Positions 1-13,000 of a stretch of DNA of 64,000 bases are shown here, one piece after another. The DNA comes from Eledone cirrhosa (taxonomy: Eukaryota). Under the pieces are notes generated by a model. That model was given only the letters and a program-made list of their open reading frames with translations. It was not told the origin of the DNA and made no database searches. Position numbers and translations under genes: made by a program. The stretch covers positions 185,070,001-185,134,000 of the forward strand of contig OZ024742.1 in the NCBI GenBank assembly GCA_964016885.1, written 5' to 3'. Positions within the stretch are counted from its first letter, which is position 1; each line of letters begins with the position of its first letter.

Positions 1-3000
1 TAAGTTAAGTTGGGGTCAAGTTAAGTTGGGGTTAAGTTAAGTTGGGGTTAAGTTAAGTTGGGGTTAAGTTAAGTCGCGGTTAAGTTAAGTTGGGGTTAAG
101 TTAAGATGGGGTTAAGTTAAGTTGTGGTTAAGTTAAGTTGGGGTTAAGATAAGTTGGGGTTAAGTTAAGTTGCGGTTGAGTTAAGTTGGGGTTGAGTTAA
201 TTGGGGTTAAGATAAGTTGGGGTTAAGTTAAGTTGCGGTTGAGTTAAGTTGGGGTTGAGTTAATTGGGGTTAAGTTAAGTTGGGGTTAACTTAAGTTGGG
301 TTTAAGTTAAGTTGGGGTTAAGTTAAGTTGGGGTTAAATTAAGTTGGGGTTATGATAAGTTGGGGTTAAGTTAAGTCGGGGTTAAGTTATGTCGGGGTTA
401 AGTTAAGTTGGTGTTAATTTAACTTGGTGTTAAGTTAAGTTGGGGTTCAGTTAAGTTGGGGTTGAGTTAAGTTGGGGGTCAAGTTAAGTTGGGGTTAAGC
501 TAAGTTGGGGTTAAGTTAAGTTGGCGTTAAGTTAAGTTGGGGTTAATTTAAGTTTTGGTTAAGTTAAGTTGGGACTGAGTTAGGTTGGGGTCAAGTTAAG
601 TTGGGGTTGAGTTAAGTTGGGGTTGAGTTAATTTGGGGTTAAGTTAAGTTGGGGTTAACTTAAGTTGGGGTTCAGTTAAGTTGGCGTTCAGTTAAGTTGC
701 GGTGAAGTTAAGTTGGGGTTAACTTAAGTCGGGGTTAAGTTAAGTTGGGGTTAATTTAAGTTGGGGTCAAGTTAAGTTGGGGTTAAGTTAAGTTGGGGTT
801 AAGTTAAGTTGGGGTTAAGTTAAGTTGCGGTTAAGTTAAGTTGGGGTCAAGTTAAGTTGGGGTTAAGTTAAGTTGGGGTTAAGTTAAGTCGCGGTTAAGT
901 TAAGTTGGGGTTAAGTTAAGATGGGGTTAAGTTAAGTTGGGGTTAAGTTAAGTTGGGGTTAAGATAAGTTGGGGTTAAGTTAAGTTGGGGTTGAGTTAAG
1001 TTGGGGTTGAGTTAATTGGGGTTAAGTTAAGTTGGGGTTAACTTAAGTTGGGTTTAAGTTAAGTTGGGGTTAAGTTAAGTTGGGGTTAAATTAAGTTGGG
1101 GTTAAGATAAGTTGGGGTTAAGTTAAGTCGGGGTTAAGTTAAGTCGGGGTTAAGTTAAGTTGGGGTTAAGTTAACTTGCTGTTAAGTTAAGTTGGGGCTC
1201 AGTTAAGTTGGGGTTGAGTTAAGTTGGGGTCAAGTTAAGTTGGGACTAAGCTAAGTTGGGGTTAAGTTAAGTTGCGGTTAACTTAAGTTGGCGCTAAGTT
1301 AAGTGAAGGTTAAGTTAAGTTGGGGTTGAGTTAAGTTGGGGTTAAGTTAAGTTGGGGTTGAGTTAAGTTGGGGTTGAGTTAAGTTGGGGTTGAGTTAAGT
1401 TGGGGTTACGTTAAGTTGGGGTTAAGTTAAGTTGGGGTTAAGTTAAGTTTAGGTTAACTTAAGTTGGGGTTAAGTTAAGTTGGGGTTAAGTTAAGTTGGG
1501 GCTAAGTTAAGTTGGGGCTAATTTAAGTTGGGGCTAAGTTAAGTTGGGGTTAAGTTAAGGTGGGGTTTAGTTAAGTTGGGGTTGAGTTAAGTTGGGGTTG
1601 AGTTAAGTTGGGGTTAAGTTAAGTTGGGGTTAAGTTAAGTTAGGGTTAACTTAAGTTGGGGTTAATTTAAGTTGGGGTTGAGTTAAGTTGGGGTTTAATT
1701 AAGTTGGGGTTGAGTTAAGTTGGGGTTGAGTTAAGTTGGGCTTGAGTTAAGTTGGGGTTGAGTTAAGTTGGGCTTATCTTAAGTTGGGGTTAATTTAAGA
1801 TGGGGTTAAGTTAAGTTGGGGTTAAGTTAATTTGGGGTTAAGTTAAGTTGGGGTTAAGTTAAGTTGGGGTTATGTTAAGTTGGGGTTAAGTTAAGTTGAG
1901 GTTAACTTAAGTTGGGGTTAAGTTAAGTTGGGGTTAAGTTAAGTTGGGGCTTAGTTAAGTTGGGGCTAAGTTAAGTTGGGGTTAAGTTAAGTTGGGGTTA
2001 AATTAAGTTGGGGTTAAGTTAAGTTGGGGTTAAGATAAGTTGGGGTTAAGTTAAGTTGGGGTTGAGTTAAGTTGGGGTTGAGTTAATTTGGGGTTAAGTT
2101 AAGTTGGGGTTAACTTAAGTTGGGGTTCAGTTAAGTTGGCGTTCAGTTAAGTTGCGGTGAAGTTAAGTTGGGGTTAACTTAAGTCGGGGTTAAGTTAAGT
2201 TGGGGTTAAGTTAAGTTGGGGTGAAGTTAAGTTGGGGTTAAGTTAAGTTGGGGTTATGTTAAGTTGGCGTTCAGTTAAGTTGCGGTGAAGTTAAGTTGGG
2301 GTTAACTTAAGTCGGGGTTAAGTTAAGTTGGGGTTAAGTTAAGTTGGGGTCAAGTTAAGTTGGGGTTAAGTTAAGTTGGGGTTATGTTAAGTTGGGGTTA
2401 AGTTAAGTTGGGGTTAAGTTAAGTCGGGGTTAAGTTAAGTTGGGGTTAAGTTAATTGGGGGTAAGTTAAGTTTGGGTTAAGTTGGGGTTAAGTTAAGTTA
2501 GGGTTAAGTTACGTTGGGGTTGAGTTAAGTTGGGGTTAATTTAAATTGGGGTTAAGTTAACTTTGTGGTTAAGTTAAGTTGGGGTTAAGTTAAGTTGAGG
2601 TTAAGTTAATTTGAGGTTAAGTTAAGTTGGGGTTAAGTTAAGTTGGGGTTAAATTAAGCTGGGTTGAAGTTAAGTTGGGGTTAAGTTAAGTTGGGGTTAA
2701 GTTAAGTTGGGGTCAAGTTAAGTTGGGGTTAAGTTAAGTTAGGGTTAAGTTAAGCTTGGGTTAAATTAAGTTGGGGTTGAGTTAATTTGGGGTTGAGTTA
2801 AGTTGGGGTTGAGTTAAGTTGGGGTTGAGTTAAGTTGGGGTTAAGTTAAGTTGGGGTTAACTTAAGTTGGGGTTAAGTTAAGTTGGGGTCAATTTAAGTT
2901 GAGGTTAAGTTAACTTGGGATTAAGTTAAGTTGGGGTTAACTTAAATTGAGGTTAAGTTAAGTTGGGGTTAAGTTAAGTTGGGGGTAAGTTAAGTTGGGG

Positions 3001-6000
3001 GTAAGTTAAGTTTGGGTTAAGTTGGGGTTAAGTTAAGTTAGGGTTAAGTTACGTTGGGGTTGAGTTAAATTGGGGTTAATTTAAATTGGGGTTAAGTTAA
3101 CTTTGTGGTTAAGTTAAGTTGGGGTTAAGTTAAGTTGAGGTTAAGTTAATTTGAGGTTAAGTTAAGTTGGGGTTAAGTTAAGTTGGGGTTAAATTAAGCT
3201 GGGTTGAAGTTAAGTTGGGGTTAAGTTAAGTTGGGGTTAAGTTAAGTTGGGGTTGAGTTAAGTTGGGGTTAAGTTAAGTTGGGTTTAAGTTAAGTTGGGG
3301 TTAAGTTAAGTTGGGGTTAAGTTAAGGTGGGGTTAAGTTAAGTTGGGGTTAAGTTAAGTCGGGGTTAAGTTAAGTTGGGGTTAAGTTAAGTTGGGGTTAA
3401 ATTAAGTTGGGGTTAAGTTAAGTTGGGGTTAAGATAAGTTGGGGTTAAGTTAAGTTGGGGTTGAGTTAAGTTGGGGTTGAGTTAATTTGGGGTTAAGTTA
3501 AGTTGGGGTTAACTTAAGTTGGGGTTAAGTTAAGTTGGCGTTCAGTTAAGTTGCGGTTAAGTTAAGTTGGGGTTAACTTAAGTCGGGGTTAAGTTAAGTT
3601 GGGGTTAAGTTAAGTTGGGGTCAGGTTAAGTTGGGGTTAAGTTAAGTTGGGGTTAAGTTAAGTTGGGGTTAAATTAAGTCGGGGTTAAGTTAAGTTGGGG
3701 TTAAGTTAAGTTGGGGTTAAGTTAAGTTGGGGTCAAGTTAAGTTGGGGTTAAGTTAAGTTGGGGTTAAGTTAAGTTGGGGTTAAGTTAAGTCGCGGTTAG
3801 TTAAGTTGGGGTTAAGTTAAGATGGGGTTAAGTTAAGTTGTGGTTAAGTTAAGTTGGGGTTAAGATAAGTTGGGGTTAACTTAAGTTGCGGTTGAGTTAA
3901 GTTAGGGTTGAGTTAATTGGGGTTAAGTTAAGTTGGGGCTAAGTTAAGTTGGGGCTAAGTTAAGTTGGGGCTAAGTTAAGTTGGGGTTAAGTTAAGGTGG
4001 GGTTTAGTTAAGTTGGGGTTGAGTTAAGTTGGGGTTGAGTTAAGTTGGGGTTAAGTTAAGTTGGGGTTAAGTTAAGTTAGGGTTAACTTAAGTTGGGGTT
4101 AAGTTAAGTTTAGGTTAACTTAAGTTGGGGTTAAGTTAAGTTGGGGTTAAGTTAAGTTGGGGCTAAGTTAAGTTGGGGCTAAGTTAAGTTGGGGCTAAGT
4201 TAAGTTGGGGTTAAGTTAAGGTGGGGTTTAGTTAAGTTGGGGTTGAGTTAAGTTGGGGTTGAGTTAAGTTAGGGTTAAGTTAAGTTGGGGTTAAGTTAAG
4301 TTAGGGTTAACTTAAGTTGGGGTTAAGTTAAGTTGGGGTTGAGTTAAGTTGGGGTTTAATTAAGTTGGGGTTGAGTTAAGTTGGGGTTGAGTTAAGTTGG
4401 GCTTGAGTTAAGTTGGGGTTGAGTTAAGTTGGGCTTATCTTAAGTTGGGGTTAATTTAAGATGGGGTTAAGTTAAGTTGGGGTTAAGTTAATTTGGGGTT
4501 AAGTTAAGTTGGGGTTAAGTTAAGTTGGGGTTATGTTAAGTTGGGGTTAAGTTAAGTTGAGGTTAACTTAAGTTGGGGTTAAGTTAAGTTGGGGTTAAGT
4601 TAAGTTGGGGCTAAGTTAAGTTGGGGCTAAGTTAAGTTGGGGTTAAGTTAAGTTGGGGTTAAGTTAAGTTGGGGTCAACTTAAGTTGGGGCTAAGTTAAG
4701 TTGGGGTTAAGTTAAGTTGGGGCTAAGTTAAGTTGGAGTTAAGTTAAGTTGGGGTTAAATTAAGTTGGGGTCAACGTAAGTTGGGGTTAAGTTAAGTTGG
4801 GGTTAAGTTAATTTGGGGGTAAGTTAAGTTGGGGTTAAGTTAAGTTGGGGTTAAGTTAAGTTGGGGTTAAGTTAAGTTGGGGCTGAGTTAAATTGGGGCT
4901 GTGTTAAGTTGGGGTTAAGTTAAGTTGGGGTTAAGTTAAGTTGGGGTTAAGTTAAGTTGGGGTTAAGTTGGGGTTAAATTAAGTTGGGGTTAATTTAAGT
5001 TGGGGTTAAGTTAAGTTGGGTTTAGGTTAAGTTGGGGTTGAGTTAAGTTGGGGTTAAGTTAAGTTGGGGTTAATTTAAGTTGGGGTTAAGTTAAGTTGGG
5101 GCTGAGTTAAGTTGGGGTTAAGTTAAGTTGGGGTTGAGTTAAGTTGGGGTTAAGTTAAGTTGGGGTTAAGTTAAGTCGGGGTTAAGTTAAGTTGGGGTTA
5201 AGTTAAGTTGGGGTTAAGTTAAGTTGGGGTTAAGATAAGTTGGGGTTAAGTTAAGTTGGGGTTGAGTTAAGTTGGGGTTGAGTTAAGTTGGGGTTAAGTT
5301 AAGTTGGGGTTAATTTAAGTTGGGGTTAAGTTAAGTTGGGGCTGAGTTAAGTTGGGGTTAAGTTAAGTTGGGGTTGAGTTAAGTTGGGGTTAAGTTAAGT
5401 TGGGGTTAAGTTAAGTCGGGGTTAAGTTAAGTTGGGGTTAAGTTAAGTTGGGGTTAAGTTGGGGTTAAGTTAAGTTGGGGTTAACTTAAGTCGGGGTTAA
5501 GTTAAGTTGGGGTTAAGTTAAGTTGGGGTCAAGTTAAGTTGGGGTTAAGTTGGGGTTATGTTAAGTTGGGGTTAAGTTAAGTTGGGGTTAAGTTAAGTCG
5601 GGGTTAAGTTAAGTTGGGGTTAAGTTAAGTTGGGGTTAAGTTAAGTTGGGGTCAAGTTAAGTTGGGGTTAAGTTAAGTTGGGGTTAAGTTAAGTCGCGGT
5701 TAAGTTAAGTTGGGGTTAAGTTAAGATGGGGTTAAGTTAAGTTGGGGTTAAGTTAAGTTGGGGTTAAGATAAGTTGGGGTTAAGTTAAGTTGGGGTTGAG
5801 TTAAGTTGGGGTTGAGTTAATTGGGGTTAAGTTAAGTTGGGGTTAACTTAAGTTGGGTTTAAGTTAAGTTGGGGTTAAGTTAAGTTGGGGTTAAATTAAG
5901 TTGGGGTTAAGATAAGTTGGGGTTAAGTTAAGTCGGGGTTAAGTTAAGTCGGGGTTAAGTTAAGTTGGGGTTAAGTTAACTTGGTGTTAAGTTAAGTTGG

Positions 6001-7090
6001 GGCTCAGTTAAGTTGGGGTTGAGTTAAGTTGGGGTCAATTTAAGTTGGGACTAAGCTAAGTTGGGGTTAAGTTAAGTTGGGGTTAAGTTAAGTTGGCGCT
6101 AAGTTTAGTGAAGGTTAAGTTAAGTTGGGGTTGAGTTAAGTTGGGGTTAAGTTAAGTTGGGGTTAAGTTAAGTTAGGGTTAAGTTAAGCTTGGGTTAAGT
6201 TAAGTTGGGGTTGAGTTAATTTGGGGTTGAGTTAAGTTGGGGTTGAGTTAAGTTGGGGTTGAGTTAAGTTGGGGTTAAGTTAAGTTGGGGTTAACTTAAG
6301 TTGGGGTTAAGTTAAGTTGGGGTCAATTTAAGTTGAGGTTAAGTTAACTTGGGATTAAGTTAAGTTGGGGTTAACTTAAATTGAGGTTAAGTTAAGTTGG
6401 GGTTAAGTTAAGTTGGGGGTAAGTTAAGTTGGGGGTAAGTTAAGTTTGGGTTAAGTTGGGGTTAAGTTAGGGTTAAGTTACGTTGGGGTTGAGTTAAGTT
6501 GGGGTTAATTTAAATTGGGGTTAAGTTAACTTTGTGGTTCAGTTAAGTTGGGGTTAAGTTAAGTTGGGGCTTATTTAAGTTGGGGTTAAGTTAAGTTGTG
6601 GTTAAGTTAAGTTGGGGTTAAGTTAAGTTGGGGTTAAGTTAAGTTGGGGTTAAGTTAAGTTGGGGTTAAATTAAGCTGGGTTGAAGTTAAGTTGGGGTTA
6701 AGTTATGTTGGGGTTAAGTTAAGTTGGGGTTAAGTTAAGTTGGGGTTAAGTTAAGTCGGGGTTAAGTTAATTTGGGGTTCAGTTAAGTTGGGGTTAAGTT
6801 AAGTTGGGGCTTATTTAAGTTGGGGTTAAGTTAAGTTGTGGTTAAGTTAAGTTGGGGTTAAGTTAAGTCGGGGTTAAGTTAAGTCGGGGTTAAGTTAAGT
6901 TGTGGTTAAGTTAAGTTGGGGTTAAGTTAAGTTGGGGTTAAGTTAAGTTAGGGATAAGCTAAGTTGGCGTTAAGTTAAGTTGGGGTTAAGTTAAGTTGGG
7001 GTTAAGTTAAGTTGTGGTTAAGTTAAGTTGGGGCTGAGTTAAGTTGGGGTCAAGTTAAGTTGGGGTTGAGTTAAGTTGGGGTTAAGTTAA
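1..7090 (+). repeat. Higher-order block, near-identical to 37361-44600 (offset 37360 over the first 4.3 kb, then small monomer indels)
   Basis: TCGCGG markers at 74/889/3791 recur at 37434/38249/41151 (all +37360). AAGCTT 2752 recurs at 40112, and GGGCTTATCTT 1773 at 39133. Later markers shift (5694 to 43203; 6186 to 43695). Colinearity ends at about 7090/44600. Confidence 0.9.
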
Positions 7091-10000
7091 CTTGGGGTTA
7101 ATTTAAGTTGGGGTTAAGTCAAATTGGGTTTGAGTTAAGTTAGGGTTAAGTTAAGTTGGGGTTAAGTTAAGTTGGGGTTAAGTTAAGTAGGGGTTAAGTT
7201 AAGTTGGGGTTAAATTAAGCTGGGTTTAAGTTAAGTTGGGGTTAAGTTAAGTTGGGGTTAAGTTAAGTTGGGGTTAAGTTAAGTTGAGGTTAAGTTAAGT
7301 TGGGGTTAAATTCAGTTGGGGTTAACTTAAGTTGGGGTTAAGTTAAGTTGGGGTTAAGTTAAGTTGAGTTTAAGTTAAGTTGGAGTTAATTTAAGTTGAG
7401 GTTAAGTTAAGTTGTGGTAAAGTTAAGTTGGGGTTAAGTTAAGTTGGGGTTAAGTTAAGTTGGGGTTCAGTTAAGTTGGGGTTAAGTTAAGTAGGGGTTC
7501 AGTTGGGGTTAAATTAAGTTGGGGTTAAGTTAAGTTGGGGTTAAGTTAAGTTGGGGTTAAGTTAAGTTGGGGTTAAGTTAAGTTGGGGTTAAGTTAAGTT
7601 GGGGTTAAATTAAGTTGGGGTTATGATAAGTTGGGGTTAAGTTAAGTCGGGGTTAAGTTATGTCGGGGTTAAGTTAAGTTGGGGTTAAGTTAACTTGGTG
7701 TTAAGTTAAGTTGGGGTTCAGTTAAGTTGGGGTTGAGTTAAGTTGGGGGTCAAGTTAAGTTGGGGTTAAGCTAAGTTGGGGTTAAGTTAAGTTGGGGTTA
7801 AGTTAAGTTGGGGTTAATTTAAGTTTTGGTTAAGTTAAGTTGGGGTTAACTTAAGTTGGGGTTAAGTTAAGTTGGCGTTCAGTTAAGTTGCGGTTAAGTT
7901 AAGTTGGGGTTAACTTAAGTCGGGGTTACGTTAAGTTGGGGTTGAGTTAAGTTGGGGTCAAGTTAAGTTGGGGTTAAGTTAAGTTGGGGTTGAGTTAAGT
8001 TGGGGTTAAGTTAAGTCGGGGTTAAGTTAAGTTGGGGTTAAGTTAAGTTGGGGTTAAGTTAAGTTGGGGTCAAGTTAAGTTGGGGTTAAGTTAAGTTGGG
8101 GTTAAGTTAAGTTGGGGTTAAGTTAAGTCGCGGTTAGTTAAGTTGGGGTTAAGTTAAGATGGGGTTAAGTTAAGTTGTGGTTAAGTTAAGTTGGGGTTAA
8201 GCTAAGTTGGGGTTAAGTTAAGTTGCGGTTGAGTTAAGTTAGGTTTGAGTTAATTGGGGTTAAGTTAAGTTGGGGCTAAGTTAAGTTGGGGCTAAGTTAA
8301 GTTGGGGCTAAGTTAAGTTGGGGTTAAGTTAAGGTGGGGTTTAGTTAAGTTGGGGTTGAGTTAAGTTGGGGTTGAGTTAAGTTGGGGTTAAGTTAAGTTG
8401 GGGTTAAGTTAAGTTAGGGTTAACTTAAGTTGGGGTTAAGTTAAGTTTAGGTTAACTTAAGTTGGGGTTAAGTTAAGTTGGGGTTAAGTTAAGTTGGGGC
8501 TAAGTTAAGTTGGGGCTAAGTTAAGTTGGGGCTAAGTTAAGTTGGGGTTAAGTTAAGGTGGGGTTTAGTTAAGTTGGGGTTGAGTTAAGTTGGGGTTGAG
8601 TTAAGTTAGGGTTAAGTTAAGTTGGGGTTAAGTTAAGTTAGGGTTAACTTAAGTTGGGGTTAAGTTAAGTTGGGGTTGAGTTAAGTTGTGGTTTAATTAA
8701 GTTGGGGTTGAGTTAAGTTGGGGTTGAGTTAAGTTGGGCTTGAGTTAAGTTGGGGTTGAGTTAAGTTGGGCTTATCTTAAGTTGGGGTTAATTTAAGATG
8801 GGGTTAAGTTAAGTTGGGGTTAAGTTAATTTGGGGTTAAGTTAAGTTGGGGTTAAGTTAAGTTGGGGTTATGTTAAGTTGGGGTTAAGTTAAGTTGAGGT
8901 TAACTTAAGTTGGGGTTAAGTTAAGTTGGGGTTAAGTTAAGTTGGGGCTAAGTTAAGTTGGGGCTAAGTTAAGTTGGGGTTAAGTTAAGTTGGGGTTAAG
9001 TTAAGTTGGGGTCAACTTAAGTTGGGGCTAAGTTAAGTTGGGGTTAAGTTAAGTTGGGGCTAAGTTAAGTTGGAGTTAAGTTAAGTTGGGGTTAAATTAA
9101 GTTGGGGTCAACGTAAGTTGGGGTTAAGTTAAGTTGGGGTTAAGTTAATTTGGGGGTAAGTTAAGTTGGGGTTAAGTTAAGTTGGGGTTAAGTTAAGTTG
9201 GGGTTAAGTTAAGTTGGGGCTGAGTTAAATTGGGGCTGTGTTAAGTTGGGGTTAAGTTAAGTTGGGGTTAAGTTAAGTCGGGGTTAAGTTAAGTTGGGGT
9301 TAAGTTGGGGTTAAATTAAGTTGGGGTTAATTTAAGTTGGGGTTAAGTTAAGTTGGGTTTAGGTTAAGTTGGGGTTGAGTTAAGTTGGGGTTAAGTTAAG
9401 TTGGGGTTAATTTAAGTTGGGGTTAAGTTAAGTTGGGGCTGAGTTAAGTTGGGGTTAAGTTAAGTTGGGGTTGAGTTAAGTTGGGGTTAAGTTAAGTTGG
9501 AGTTAAGTTAAGTCGGGGTTAAGTTAAGTTGGGGTTAAGTTAAGTTGGGGTTAAGTTAAGTTGGGGTTAAGTTAAGTTGGGGTTAAGTTAAGTTGGGGTT
9601 AAGATAAGTTGGGGTTAAGTTAAGTTGGGGTTGAGTTAAGTTGGGGTTGAGTTAATTTGGGGTTAAGTTAAGTTGGGGTTAACTTAAGTTGGGGTTCAGT
9701 TAAGTTGGCGTTCAGTTAAGTTGCGGTGAAGTTAAGTTGGGGTTAACTTAAGTCGGGGTTAAGTTAAGTTGGGGTTAAGTTAAGTTGGGGTCAAGTTAAG
9801 TTGGGGTTAAGTTAAGTTGGGGCTATGTTAAGTTGGGGTTAAGTTAAGTTGGGGTTAAGTTAAGTCGGGGTTAAGTTAAGTTGGGGTTAAGTTAAGTTGG
9901 GGATAAGTTAAGTTGGGGTCAAGTTAAGTTGGGGTTAAGTTAAGTTGGGGTTAAGTTAAGTCGCGGTTAAGTTAAGTTGGGGTTAAGTTAAGATGGGGTT

Positions 10001-13000
10001 AAGTTAAGTTGGGGTTAAGTTAAGTTGGGGTTAAGATAAGTTGGGGTTAAGTTAAGTTGGGGTTGAGTTAAGTTGGGGTTGAGTTAATTGGGGTTAAGTT
10101 AAGTTGGGGTTAACTTAAGTTGGGTTTAAGTTAAGTTGGGGTTAAGTTAAGTTGGGGTTAAATTAAGTTGGGGTTAAGATAAGTTGGGGTTAAGTTAAGT
10201 CGGGGTTAAGTTAAGTCGGGGTTAAGTTAAGTTGGGGTTAAGTTAACTTGGTGTTAAGTTAAGTTGGGGCTCAGTTAAGTTGGGGTTGAGTTAAGTTGGG
10301 GTCAATTTAAGTTGGGACTAAGCTAAGTTGGGGTTAAGTTAAGTTGGGGTTAAGTTAAGTTGGCGCTAAGTTTAGTGAAGGTTAAGTTAAGTTGGGGTTG
10401 AGTTAAGTTGGGGTTAAGTTAAGTTGGGGTTAAGTTAAGTTAGGGTTAAGTTAAGCTTGGGTTAAGTTAAGTTGGGGTTGAGTTAATTTGGGGTTGAGTT
10501 AAGTTGGGGTTGAGTTAAGTTGGGGTTGCGTTAAGTTGGGGTTAAGTTAAGTTGGGGTTAACTTAAGTTGGTGTTAAGTTAAGTTGGGGTCAATTTAAGT
10601 TGAGGTTAAGTTAACTTGGGATTAAGTTAAGTTGGGGTTAACTTAAATTGAGGTTAAGATAAGTTGGGGTTAAGTTAAGTTGGGGGTAAGTTAAGTTGGG
10701 GGTAAGTTAAGTTTGGGTTAAGTTGGGGTTAAGTTAAGTTAGGGTTAAGTTACGTTGGGGTTGAGTTAAGTTGGGGTTAATTTAAATTGGGGTTAAGTTA
10801 ACTTTGTGGTTCAGTTAAGTTGGGGTTAAGTTAAGTTGGGGCTTATTTAAGTTGGGGTTAAGTTAAGTTGTGGTTAAGTTAAGTTGGGGTTAAGTTAAGT
10901 TGGGGTTAAGTTAAGTTGGGGTTAAGTTAAGTTGGGGTTAAATTAAGCTGGGTTGAAGTTAAGTTGGGGTTAAGTTAAGTTGGGGTTAAGTTAAGTTGGG
11001 GTTAAGTTAAGTTGGGGTTAAGTTAAGTCGGGGTTAAGTTAATTTGGGGTTCAGTTAAGTTGGGGTTAAGTTAAGTTGGGGCTTATTTAAGTTGGGGTTA
11101 AGTTAAGTTGTGGTTAAGTTAAGTTGGGGTTAAGTTAAGTCGGGGTTAAGTTAAGTCGGGGTTAAGTTATAATGTGGTTAAGTTAAGTTGGGGTTAAGTT
11201 AAGTTGGGGTTAAGTTAAGTTAGGGATAAGCTAAGTTGGCGTTAAGTTAAGTTGGGGTTAAGTTAAGTTGGGGTTAAGTTAAGTTGAGGTTAAGTTAAGT
11301 TGGGGTTAAATTCAGTTGGGGTTAACTTAAGTTGTGGTAAAGTTAAGTTGGGGTTAAGTTAAGTTGGGGTTAAGTTAAGTTGGGGTTCAGTTAAGTTGGG
11401 GTTAAGTTAAGTAGGGGTTCAGTTGGGGTTAAATTAAGTTGGGGTTAAGTTAAGTTGGGGTTAAGTTAAGTTGGGGTTAAGTTAAGTTGGGGTTAACTTA
11501 AGTTGGGGCTAAGTTAAGTTGGGGTTGAGTTAAGTTGGGGTTAAGTTAAGTCGGGGTTAAGTTAAGTTGGGGTTAAGTTAAGTTGGGGTTAAGTTAAGTT
11601 GGGGTTAAGTTAAGTTGGGGTTGAGTTAAGTTGGGGTTAAGTTAAGTTGGGTTTAAGTTAAGTTGGGGTTAAGTTAAGTTGGGGTTAAGTTAAGGTGGGG
11701 TTAAGTTAAGTTGGGGTTAAGTTAAGTCGGGGTTAAGTTAAGTTGGGGTTAAGTTAAGTTGGGGTTAAGTTAAGTTGGGGTTAAGTTAAGTTCGGGTTAA
11801 GATAAGTTGGGGTTAAGTTAAGTTGGGGTTGAGTTAAGTTGGGGTTGAGTTAATTTGGGGTTAAGTTAAGTTGAGGTTAACTTAAGTTGGGGTTAAGTTA
11901 AGTTGGCGTTCAGTTAAGTTGCGGTTAAGTTAAGTTGGGGTTAACTTAAGTCGGGTTTAAGTTAAGTTGGGGTTAAGTTAAGTTGGGGTCAAGTTAAGTT
12001 GGGGTTAAGTTAAGTTGGGGTTAAGTTAAGTTGGGGTTAAGTTAAGTCGGGGTTAAGTTAAGTTGGGGTTAAGTTAAGTTGGGGTTAAGTTAAGTTGGGG
12101 TCAAGTTAAGTTGGGGTTAAGTTAAGTTGGGGTTAAGTTAAGTTGGGGTTAAGTTAAGTCGCGGTTAAGTTAAGTTGGGGTTAAGTTAAGATGGGGTTAA
12201 GTTAAGTTGTGGTTAAGTTAAGTTGGGGTTAAGATAAGTTGGGGTTAAGTTAAGTTGCGGTTGAGTTAAGTTGGGGTTGAGTTAATTGGGGTTAAGTTAA
12301 GTTGGGGTTAACTTAAGTTGGGTTTAAGTTAAGTTGGGGTTAAGTTAAGTTGGGGTTAAATTAAGTTGGGGTTATGATAAGTTGGGGTTAAGTTAAGTCG
12401 GGGTTAAGTTATGTCGGGGTTAAGTTAAGTTAGGGTTAAGTTAACTTGGTGTTAAGTTAAGTTGGGGTTCAGTTAAGTTGGGGTTGAGTTAAGTTGGGGG
12501 TCAAGTTAAGTTGGGGTTAAGCTAAGTTGGGGTTAAGTTAAGTTGGGGTTAAGTTAAGTTGGGGTTAATTTAAGTTTTGGTTAAGTTAAGTTGGGGTTAA
12601 CTTAAGTTGGGGTTAAGTTAAGTTGGCGTTCAGTTAAGTTGCGGTTAAGTTAAGTTGGGGTTAACTTAAGTCGGGGTTAAGTTAAGTTGGGGTTAAGTTA
12701 AGTTGGGGTCAAGTTAAGTTGGGGTTAAGTTAAGTTTAGGTTAACTTAAGTTGGGGTTAAGTTAAGTTGGGGTTAAGTTAAGTTGGGGCTAAGTTAAGTT
12801 GGGGCTAAGTTAAGTTGGGGCTAAGTTAAGTTGGGGTTAAGTTAAGGTGGGGTTTAGTTAAGTTGGGGTTGAGTTAAGTTAGGGTTGAGTTAAGTTGGGG
12901 TTAAGTTAAGTTGGGGTTAAGTTAAGTTAGGGTTAACTTAAGTTGGGGTTAAGTTAAGTTGGGGTTGAGTTAAGTTGGGGTTTAATTAAGTTGGGGTTAA

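Noticed and set aside
288-297. 10-bp palindromes AACTTAAGTT and AAGTTAACTT as regulatory or hairpin sites
   Set aside because: They arise automatically from a single G>C change next to the palindromic TTAA. There is no evidence of function.
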